A stretch of DNA of 16,022 nucleotides, filler included, from an uncultured Gemmatimonadota bacterium (GCA_964490075.1; 7 parts of 7 records of this genome joined end to end with filler, not necessarily neighbours in it), one strand, 5' to 3'. Counted from the first letter of the whole stretch, positions 1 through 7,585 are shown. The notes: generated from the letters alone by a model not told the origin. Program-made: numbers and translations.

Positions 1-1183
1 GGATCTCGCCGTTCTCGCGCCAGAACTCCGCGAACTCCTCCAGCACGCGGCGCAGGTCGAGGCTGCCGTCCGGGCGGACGAAGCTGCGCGGCTCCACGGT
101 GACCGAACGTTCGGCGCGCAGTGCCAGCACGCGCACGATGATCTCGCGGTAGATCGGGTTCGCGATCCGCACCGGCATGCCACGCGCAGTGAGCCCCAGG
201 TCGCTCACATAGGCGTAGTCGTCGTCGTAGGGATCCTCGCCGGCGAAGGTGCCGGCGATCAGCGGCGCGATCACCCGCCTCACCCGCTCCTCGTGCAGCT
301 TGCTCACCAGGGAGTCGAGATGCGTGGCGCGCGCCAGGATCAACCGCTCCTTGGCCTCGTCGAGGTGCTCGATGGTGATCGGAGTGGGGGGCGAGACGCC
401 GATCTTGTCGATCACCTCGCGCGCCAGGGCGTTGACCAGCCAGGGTTGGCCCCCGGTCAGCGCGAAAGCGTGGTCCAGCACGCCCTCCGCGAAGGGCTGG
501 CCGGTGTCGGCGCTGTGCTGGCCGTAGAGCTCGGCGACCTGGGCGGCGCTGAAGTTGCCCATGCTGAGCGACTCGACCAGCACGTTGAAGGGGCTGGCGG
601 TGCCGAGGCGGGTCGGATCGCCGCCCGAGGCGGCCTTGTAGTCGCGCACGTCGCGCAGGCCGCAGAGGATCACGGAGGCGGGGAAAGCCTGGCCCCGTTT
701 CGGGTGCCCGGCGCGCAGCTGGCGCAGGACCGAGATCAGGCTCATGCCCTGGAGGGCGTCGATCTCGTCGAAGACCAGCACCAGGGGGCGCGGGCAGGCG
801 CGCGACCATGATTCGAGCGCCGTGCCCAGCAGGCTGGAATCGTTGGCATCGGGCCAAGGTTCCGGCGGGCGAAGCTCCTCGGGAAGAACGGAACGCGCGC
901 TGAAGCTGATGTCGCTGAGAATCGACCGCTGGGCCTCGGCATAGTCCTCCCCCACCGCCTGCCCGCCCTCGCAGGAGAAATGCAGCGCGGCAACCTCGCC
1001 CTCGGCGGTGAGCACACGGCAGAGCTCGCGCAGCGACGTGGTCTTGCCGGTCTGGCGCGGGGCGTGCACCACGAAGAAGGCGCGCTGCGCGATCAGCGCA
1101 CGCGCTCCCGGAAGGCGCGGCTCGGGGGGCACCATGTAGTGCAGATCGGGCAGGCAGACGCCGCCGGTATTGAAGTAGCGCAT
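1..1183 (-). CDS. P-loop (STAND/AAA-like) ATPase, homologue of 5928..7544; 3' end runs off the window
   Basis: Not in the ORF track because no stop falls inside the window. Manual translation from ATG 1183 is open for 394 codons: MRYFNTGGVCLPDLHYMVPP...HAPRQTGKTT (Walker A)...LVFDEID (Walker B)...FPASVILCGLRDVRDY...GGQPWLVNALA...RIANPIYREII...EFWRENGEI. GGAG lies 6 nt upstream of the ATG. Confidence 0.92.
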   Translation of the reverse strand, partial: MRYFNTGGVCLPDLHYMVPPEPRLPGARALIAQRAFFVVHAPRQTGKTTSLRELCRVLTAEGEVAALHFSCEGGQAVGEDYAEAQRSILSDISFSARSVLPEELRPPEPWPDANDSSLLGTALESWSRACPRPLVLVFDEIDALQGMSLISVLRQLRAGHPKRGQAFPASVILCGLRDVRDYKAASGGDPTRLGTASPFNVLVESLSMGNFSAAQVAELYGQHSADTGQPFAEGVLDHAFALTGGQPWLVNALAREVIDKIGVSPPTPITIEHLDEAKERLILARATHLDSLVSKLHEERVRRVIAPLIAGTFAGEDPYDDDYAYVSDLGLTARGMPVRIANPIYREIIVRVLALRAERSVTVEPRSFVRPDGSLDLRRVLEEFAEFWRENGEI

Positions 1184-1529
1184 GGGAGACTCCGCCGTGG
1201 GGGCTTGCGGGGATCGTAGCGCAGGCGGCGCATTGGCGCGGAGTGAGGGCAGCGCCCCACAATCCGCATCCGATTCCCGCTTTCCAGAGTAGCCAACACG
1301 GCGGCAATCATGCCCCTATCTTCTCTCGGTTCTTCCCCGGGATCCCCTCCTGCTCGGCCTTTCCTGCGTCTTGTGGAACGATTTCGGTCGAGTTCCTTCG
1401 TAGCGCGAGCTTTCCTGCGCGAGAGTCGCCCTCGCCGGGCAAGCTCCGCCCCTTGCACCGCATGGGTGCTGCGCGTCTTGCCGAGATCGAGATCGGTCGC
1501 GGCTCGAGCGGCGAAGGGACCGGCTGGAG

Positions 1530-2084
1530 TCAGACGAATTCGAGCTCGGGCTCATCGAGCGGGCGATCAGGTTCGAAGGGCGGCGCCCGGGTCGGCAGGC
1601 CAACCGACCGCAGGATGCGAACGATCGTGTTGTGTTCGGTGATGAACGAGACGAGTTTGAGGCGGCCACCCTCGCAAGCCGGGCAGTCCAGTGCGTCGAT
1701 CCCGAACACGCGTTTCAACAACTGCGCCCAGGTGAGCCTGCTTCGGCGCCGGGCGGGGAAGTCGGCGGGGAGGTCGTCTTCTTCTTCGGTGGGGCAGTCG
1801 GGGCACGGGTCCGGTGCCTGCTCCAGGGGCGCGGGCACGACCCGTGATCGCAGTGCGGCTTTGGGCGCGAGCACGCCGTGGTAAACGAGCAGGTGGCTGC
1901 GCGGCGCGGGCACGAGGGGCAGGAGTCGTTCGATCAACTCCAGGGGGGAGTATTCGACGTATGCGGTGCCGTTTCGCCAGGGCTTGCGGAAGTGGTAGCG
2001 CACGTTGCCGTCGGGGGTGAGCTCGAGCCGCTCGGTCGCGATCGGCGGGCGGGCGATGTAGCGGCACAACCGTTCGAAGCGCCG
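1530..2084 (-). pseudogene. IS91/ISCR-family rolling-circle transposase, C-terminal fragment only
   Basis: ERLCRYIARPPIATERL (catalytic Tyr region), PLELIERLLPLVPAPRSHLLVYHGVLAP and WAQLLKRVFGIDALDCPACEGGRLKLVSFIT are typical of Y2_Tnp/ISCR C-termini. The HUH motif and N-terminal Zn domain are absent; similarity stops at the recombinase stop codon. Confidence 0.88.
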
Positions 2085-3346
2085 TTCATAGTGCATCTCC
2101 TGTGTCTTTGGACGACGGCGTTGAGCGTCTTTCTTGCCATTGTGCGTTGGCACGGCGCAGGCGATCGGCGCATCGCTCGTCGATGGTCAGCCACCAGACC
2201 CGGTAATACTGCCCGAAGTCCTCTCGGTCCGCTTTGACCGCGCCACACTTTGCCCAGCGAATCACTGTGCTCTCCGCGACGCCGAAGAGCCTTGCTGCGC
2301 CCGGGACGGAGTATCGGCCATCGGAGCGTTGGTCAGGAAGGGCATGCTTTCGTCCGAGACGTTGGTGCTCGCTTTTCAGTCCGAGTCGCATCCGCACACC
2401 CTTGACGGCTCTGGGATTCCACGGTCGGCGCGCGCCGGTCTCGAGCCCCATGCGATTCAGCTCGACCGCGATTTCTTCGTCGATGAGTCCGCGCGCCACA
2501 AGCTCGCGCAGTTGTGCGTCGGCCTGCGCTGGCGTACGCCGGTGATCTCCACGCCCCGGACGCGGGATCGTCAGTTCGTCTACCGCTGCGCTTCGCCACT
2601 GCACTTGGATGTGAGTCTTACGGGCGGGGACCTCCACGGGGCAGATCGAGACCGCTTCGATGGCGATGCGCAGCATGGCCTTACGATCCGCGGGCGTCGT
2701 CGTTCGGGCTCGCCAAACACGGGGCAAGTCCCGCGCCAGCTCGCGGATCCGAGCGCGATCTCCAGCGCTCAACTCCACGCGACATTCCCGTTTTGCGACG
2801 TCGAAGCGCCGGCGGACCTGCTCCAGATCCTGTAGAGCGGCCTCCCACTGAGTATCGAGGGTTCGCGCCACGGTCCGGTTGTCGGGATCCACCGCCATGT
2901 AACGACGTTCCGCGCGCCGGGCCTCGTACTCTGCTTGTTCGAGTCGCAGCTTCCATTGTTCGTGGAGTGCGGTGGACTGCGCTTCGACCTCATGCTCCAC
3001 CGCCAGCGTCAGATCGAGCTCAGCCGGAATCACCATGCCTAAGAAGAGCTCCTCGACGGCAGCGTCGATGGCCATTCCGCTGACGGTCCAGCAGGCTTTC
3101 GCGCCATGATCCTGATCGCCGCGACAAACGTACATCCATTTCTTGCCACCACGGCCAAGGTAGCCGATTGTCATTCGTCTGCCGCATCGTCCACACAGCA
3201 GTAGGCCCGTCAGGAGCGCCAGACCTTCTCGCGGCGCACCCGATGAGGGTCGTCGAGCGGCGTTTGCTCGAAGTTTGTCGAGGTTGCCCAAGTAGGTGTG
3301 CTTGCCACACGCTTTCCATCCGCGACCGGCGTAGAAACCCAGGACA
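2085..3346 (-). mobile_element. One end of a serine-recombinase mobile element inserted into the IS91/ISCR transposase
   Basis: Abrupt switch from recombinase 3' end (AGGAGATGCACTATGAA) to mid-transposase sequence at ~2085/2084. The recombinase visibly uses more A/T-ending codons than its flanks. The other end is not in the window. Confidence 0.6.
2086..3346 (-). CDS. Large serine recombinase, C-terminal part (Zn ribbon, coiled coil, extra HTH domains); 5' end cut by contig edge
   Basis: GAPREGLALLTGLLLCGRCGRRM...YVC...AC zinc ribbon, coiled coil with AERRYMAVDPDNRTVARTLDTQW, and DRKAMLRIAIEAV. The frame is open to the contig end, so the TTG at 3291 is probably not the real start. The catalytic domain is not in the window. 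Confidence 0.9.
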
Positions 3347-3446
3347 NNNNNNNNNNNNNNNNNNNNNNNNNNNNNNNNNNNNNNNNNNNNTTAATTAATT
3401 AANNNNNNNNNNNNNNNNNNNNNNNNNNNNNNNNNNNNNNNNNNNN
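3347..3446. other. Artificial contig linker
   Basis: 44 N + TTAATTAATTAA (stops in all six frames) + 44 N. Confidence 0.99.
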
Positions 3447-3671
3447 GTCGCGCACGGTCGTCGCCGCGCTGCCCCCGATCCCGATGATCGACAGACCCTT
3501 GCCTGCCCAGCGGACGGTCTCCTGGTAGCTGCCGGGCTCCACCAGAATGCTGTCGCCGTCGGCCGGCTTCTCGAGAACCCACCTTTCATTTCCGGCGCAG
3601 GTCGCCAGAGTCAACTGCTCGGCGAAGGTCGGATATTCGGTCGGCTCCGCCTGCACCAGCCAGTCGGCGCC
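3447..3671 (-). pseudogene. N-terminal fragment of a pectin-lyase-fold (right-handed beta-helix) protein; start lost at the IS66 junction, 3' part cut by contig edge
   Basis: ADWLVQAEPTEYPT...ADGDSILVEPGSYQETVRWAGKGLSIIGIGGSAATTV resembles the DGDTILVAPGTYxENIxxxGKxITL opening of beta-helix proteins. The upstream part of ORF 3399..3956 is antisense IS66 sequence. Confidence 0.65.
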
Positions 3672-3869
3672 GAACTCGTCGGGACTATCCAAAGTCTGCT
3701 GAGCACCTGTCGCCTGCAAGCCGTGGACCCCTACACCTATCTGGTCGACGTGCTCCAGCGAGTCACGACTCATCCGGCCGGGCGCGTAGAGGAACTCACG
3801 CCCAGACTCTGGAAAGAGCGCTTCGCAGACAAGCCGATGAGATCCGATCTCGACGCTGCCTGCGCCTGA
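3663..3869 (+). pseudogene. tnpC: IS66 transposase (TnpC) C-terminal fragment
   Basis: Manual translation (not in the ORF track): VGAELVGTIQSLLSTCRLQAVDPYTYLVDVLQRVTTHPAGRVEELTPRLWKERFADKPMRSDLDAACA*, a typical IS66 C-terminal domain. Confidence 0.9.
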
Positions 3870-3914
3870 CCTGTGGCCCGGGCGGGATGCACACGTCGCA
3901 AAATGACCGCTTAC
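3663..3914 (+). mobile_element. IS66-family insertion sequence, right-end remnant with terminal inverted repeat
   Basis: Ends in GACCGCTTAC (3905-3914; reverse complement GTAAGCGGTC), matching the IS66 5'-GTAAGCG terminus, 45 nt after the tnpC stop. Confidence 0.85.
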
Positions 3915-4144
3915 GTCCCTTCGACGCGGACCAGGCGCAGATCGCCCGCCGGGCATTTCGTCGCTATGGGAAGGGTCGCCATAGCGCCGGGCTGAACTAC
4001 GGGGACTGCTTCTCCTATGCCCTGGCGAAGGCGACGGGCGAGCCGCTGCTCTTCAAAAGGGTGGACTTTGCGCGAACCGACGTCGAGGCGGTTGTGCTCA
4101 GAGGAAGTCGTTGCCACCGCAGCCAACGCCGGTTCGCTGAATGA
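3915..4144 (+). pseudogene. vapC: VapC (PIN domain, VapC30-like) toxin, C-terminal half, disrupted by IS66
   Basis: PFDADQAQIARRAFRRYGKGRHSAGLNYGDCFSYALAKATGEPLLFKRVDFARTDV begins directly after the IS66 end. The N-terminal PIN residues are missing, and the usual FKGxDF reads FKRVDF. Confidence 0.88.
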
Positions 4145-4288
4145 GCAAGGTCCGCCTTCAGAACCCGCATCCGGCCCCTCGCACGCGACAAGCCCCGCTG
4201 GGTCTACGCTGCCAGGTGAGCAGGGCCGCGGGTGCAGGTCCGCGGCGTCTAGCTCGCCGCTGACGGGCGAGACGTTTGGCAACTTCCC

Positions 4289-4315
4289 AAAAAGGGTCGG
4301 TTCCGAAGGGGACCC
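4289..4315 (-). terminator. Possible intrinsic terminator after the ceramidase-family gene
   Basis: On the minus strand, at the TAG: GGGTC-CCCTTCGGAACC-GACCC-TTTTT. The stem is short and imperfect and is followed by a U-run. Confidence 0.4.
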
Positions 4316-5653
4316 TACTCCCCGCTCTCCCCGCGCCCGCCGCGCGGCCCCGCGTCCTCGTCCCACCGCCGGGCGATGCGGTTGATGACACCTTTTGAAG
4401 TGTTGATCATCTTGAGGCCGGTGAAGGGGCCGAAGAGGCTGGCTGCGGCCTGGTAGCCACCTTGCCAGTATTCCTCCCAGGTGGTCATGTAGGCGATGTA
4501 GTTGTTGGTCAGGCCGAAGGTCCAGACATTTTCGAAGCCTTTGCCGTGGGCGTGGTCGCGGATCTTGACGCCGACATCGTGGATGGCTTCGCCGGGGATG
4601 GTGTGGATCAGGAGGTCGTCGATGCGCAGGGCCGAGACTCGCGCCAGCGATTCGACGGTGCCGTTCAGGGGCACGGCGATCCACCAGGGGATGCCGGGAT
4701 ATTCGTCGTCCCAGAGGCCGGGGCGGGTGTGGGGGGAGCCCATCCAACGGATGGTGCGCTCGACGTCGATCTCGGTGTCGCTGCGGGTGGGGGCGGCGTC
4801 GCGCAAGGCCAGCACCTGGGTGGCGAGCTGCTCGCCGACCCACTCGGCAGCCTCGAGATTGTCGCGACCGTAGGACTCCGGTCCCTGGTCTCCTTCGGCG
4901 CCGTTGACGTGGAAGGCGATGGTGCCGGCGCCGAGGGTCTCTTCGATGGCGCGCTCGGCGAAGCCGGAAAAGTCGGCGCTCATGTGTCGCCACTCGCTGC
5001 TCAGGGCAGTGACGTGGGCGGCGAAGTTGAAGACGACAGCTTTCGGGCTGCCGTCGGCGCGGTCGATGCGCAATACACCGATGGTGGGGTCGACTTTGTC
5101 GGCGTCGTCGCGGGTGTTGTGGGCCAGGCCGACGCTGTCGGGGCCGGTGACGTAGCCGATGCGGGCTGGCTCGAGGTCGGCGACGGCGGCGCGGATTCCG
5201 GCCGCGATCTGCTCGATGGCGGGGGCGGCGATGCGCGGGTCGTAGATGTCCATGGCGCCGAACCACAGGAAGGGGAGGAGGTTCATGTCGCCGGGGCCGG
5301 AGTGGTTGTGGGTGGCGGTGATGAAGTAGTTCTCGCGGTGGATGCCGAGATCGCTGAGGCGGTCGGTGACTGCGCGGAAGAGGTGGGCGGTGAAGCCGAC
5401 GGTGTCGAGGCCGCCGAGGACGATGCGCCGCTGGCCGTTGTCGAGCACCACGAACTTGGCGAGGATCGGATCGTGGACGTCTTCGGGGGGCCAGAAGAAC
5501 TTGGAATACCAGTTGGGGTCGAGCTCGTTGTCGTGCTGCAGGAGGTCTTCGCGCCAGCGGCCGGTGCCGCCCAGGGGGCAGCCGGCGGGCGGGGTGATGT
5601 CGACCACGGCGGTGCCGGCCATGAGGGTGCCGGGGGTGGGGTCGGCGCCAGCG
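4315..5653 (-). CDS. Neutral/alkaline non-lysosomal ceramidase-family Zn amidase; 5' end cut by contig edge
   Basis: AGTAVVDITP, VHDPILAKFVVL, ATHNHSGPG, NFAAHVT, SADFSG, NGAEGDQGP, IPGEA, GLTNNYIAY and GGYQ. The frame is open upstream of ATG 5622 (AGADPTPGTL), so that ATG is probably internal. Confidence 0.88.
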
Positions 5654-5753
5654 NNNNNNNNNNNNNNNNNNNNNNNNNNNNNNNNNNNNNNNNNNNNTTA
5701 ATTAATTAANNNNNNNNNNNNNNNNNNNNNNNNNNNNNNNNNNNNNNNNNNNN
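5654..5753. other. Artificial contig linker
   Basis: 44 N + TTAATTAATTAA + 44 N. Confidence 0.99.
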
Positions 5754-5857
5754 ATCCGGATGGCCCGCGCTCCGATATCGGTGCCTACGGGGGGCCGTGC
5801 AATGTGGGGTGGCTGGGGTTTGGGTGCGACGTGGGGGGCGAGCGAAGAGCCCCCTGA
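5754..5857 (+). CDS. C-terminal end of a probable beta-helix / choice-of-anchor-Q-like protein (partial)
   Basis: Manual translation from 5756: PDGPRSDIGAYGGPCNVGWLGFGCDVGGERRAP*. DPDGxRxDxGAYGGP is a typical closing motif of secreted beta-helix proteins. Confidence 0.65.
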
Positions 5858-5915
5858 TCCACGCCCGCCCGAAGACCTGATCCTCACACGCGGCGAGCGG
5901 GTCCCCCGACTGCGG

Positions 5916-5921
5916 TAGTAT
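5916..5921 (+). promoter_or_regulatory. Candidate -10 element (TAGTAT) 6 nt before the ATPase ATG, consistent with a leaderless transcript
   Basis: TGCGG-TAGTAT-GGCGGC-ATG; no clear Shine-Dalgarno. Confidence 0.4.
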
Positions 5922-5927
5922 GGCGGC

Positions 5928-7544
5928 ATGAAGTTCTTCAACACCGCCGGTCCGGTGAACCCCGCCAAGCACTACACGCTCGATCCCTTCGCGCGCCTGG
6001 TCGACAACGATCTCCTGTCACTTGTCGCGCAGGAGAAGTACTTCGTCTTGCACGCCCCGCGCCAGACCGGCAAGACCTCGGCGCTGCTCGGCCTGCTGAG
6101 CGAGCTGAACGCCTCTGGCGACTACTGTTGCGTCTACATGAACGTCGAGGTGGCGCAGGGGCTGCGCGAGGATATCGGCGCCGCCTTCGCCACGATTCTC
6201 GACCAACTGGCGCGTCGGATCGATTTCCATCTGCCGGATCTGGCGGAATCGATGGCGATGTCGGCGGCGGTGCGCGAGCTGGCGGCGGAGCGCGCGCCGG
6301 GTGGGGCGCTGGGCGAGGCGTTGGCGCGCCTCAGCGAGCTTGCGCCCAGGCCGCTGGTGCTCTTCATCGACGAGATCGACTCGCTGGTGGGCGACACGCT
6401 GATCACCGTGCTGCGCCAGATTCGCGCCGGTTACGACATGCGGCCGGCGTCGTTCCCGCAGAGCATCGTGCTCTGCGGCGTGCGCGACATCAAGGACTAC
6501 CGGATCCACGCGTCGAGCCAGAAAGAGGTGATCACCGGCGGCTCCTGCTTCAACATCAAGGCGGAATCGCTGCGCCTGGGCGACTTCAGCGAGCCGGAGC
6601 TGCGCGCGCTCTACGCTCAGCACACGGCGGCGACCGGCCAGCCCTTCGAGGAGCAGGCGCTGGCGGCGGCGTGGAGCTACACCGCCGGGCAGCCGTGGCT
6701 GGCGAACGCCTTGGCCTATGAGGCCTGCTTCAAGCCCCGGGGAGTGCGGGCCCGCGCGCAGCCGATCACCGCGGAGGTGATGGCCGGGGCCAAGGAGCGG
6801 CTGGTGGTGAGCCGCGCGACCCACCTCGATCAACTGACCGACAAGCTCGGGGAGCCTCGGGTGCAGCGCGTCGTCGAGCCGATCGTGCGTGGGCTGGAGC
6901 GCACCCTTGGGAGCAGCAACCACGACATCAGCTACGTCGAGGATCTTGGGCTGATCAAACGCGGCCCCGAAGGGGTGCGGATCGCGAATGCGATCTATCG
7001 CGAGGTGATTCCGCGCGAGCTGACCGACACGGTACAGTTCAACCTGGAGGCAAACTACCAGCAGTCCTGGTATGTAACTCCAGATCATCGCCTCGACCTG
7101 CCAGAGCTGCTCGGTGCATTCCAGCAGTTTTTTCGTGAGCACAGCGAGAGCTGGAGCGAGCTTCTGACCTACAAAGAGGCCGGTCCGCAGCTGCTGCTGC
7201 AGGCCTTCCTGCAGCGCATCGTCAACGGCGGCGGCCGCATCGACCGCGAGTATGGGTTGGGGCGCATGCGCACCGATCTCCTGGTGCAGTGGCCGCTCGA
7301 CCCGGAGCAGGGTTTTCTGGGCCCGGTACAGCGCGTGGTGATCGAGCTGAAGCTGCTGCACAAGTCACTGCGGACGACCATCGCGCAGGGCTTGCGGCAG
7401 ACCCACGACTACGTGCAGCGAACCGGAGCGGCGGACGCTCATCTACTGGTGTTCGACCGCCGCACCGACGTGGCGTGGGACAAAAAGGTGTTTCGACTGG
7501 CCGAGCAGCACGATGGGCTGACGATCACCGTCTGGGGGATGTGA
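5928..7544 (+). CDS. P-loop (STAND/AAA-like) ATPase fused to a C-terminal PD-(D/E)XK nuclease-like domain, 538 aa, complete
   Basis: Walker A HAPRQTGKTS and Walker B LFIDEID, then GQPWLANALA and YVEDLGLI. The C-terminus YKEAGPQ...REYGLGRMRTDLLV...VIELK...QTHDY fits E..D..ExK..QxxxY. Confidence 0.9.
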   Translation: MKFFNTAGPVNPAKHYTLDPFARLVDNDLLSLVAQEKYFVLHAPRQTGKTSALLGLLSELNASGDYCCVYMNVEVAQGLREDIGAAFATILDQLARRIDFHLPDLAESMAMSAAVRELAAERAPGGALGEALARLSELAPRPLVLFIDEIDSLVGDTLITVLRQIRAGYDMRPASFPQSIVLCGVRDIKDYRIHASSQKEVITGGSCFNIKAESLRLGDFSEPELRALYAQHTAATGQPFEEQALAAAWSYTAGQPWLANALAYEACFKPRGVRARAQPITAEVMAGAKERLVVSRATHLDQLTDKLGEPRVQRVVEPIVRGLERTLGSSNHDISYVEDLGLIKRGPEGVRIANAIYREVIPRELTDTVQFNLEANYQQSWYVTPDHRLDLPELLGAFQQFFREHSESWSELLTYKEAGPQLLLQAFLQRIVNGGGRIDREYGLGRMRTDLLVQWPLDPEQGFLGPVQRVVIELKLLHKSLRTTIAQGLRQTHDYVQRTGAADAHLLVFDRRTDVAWDKKVFRLAEQHDGLTITVWGM

Positions 7545-7585
7545 GCGCCGATCGGCACCGATGGGGTTCCGAATCCCGGCTCGCT

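Noticed and set aside
1301-1320. GCGGCAATCATGCCCCTATC as the IS91/ISCR oriIS
   Set aside because: The resemblance is limited to CCTATC and the orientation is opposite to that expected downstream of a minus-strand transposase. The element end could not be located.
3297-3346. Possible second breakpoint at the recombinase 5' edge, where the in-frame VLGFYAGRGWKACGKH does not resemble the expected HxxYIxW motif
   Set aside because: Only ~50 nt at a contig end; divergence, insertion and edge error cannot be told apart without an alignment.
3391-3402. TTAATTAATTAA as a biological repeat
   Set aside because: It is a synthetic six-frame stop spacer embedded in N runs.
3911-5709. Long ORFs 4462..5709 (+) and 3911..5266 (-)
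   Set aside because: These are antisense and alternate-frame shadows of the GC-rich ceramidase-family gene, with biased low-complexity composition.
6018-7361. 447-aa minus-strand ORF
   Set aside because: Antisense shadow of the ATPase-nuclease; no motifs.
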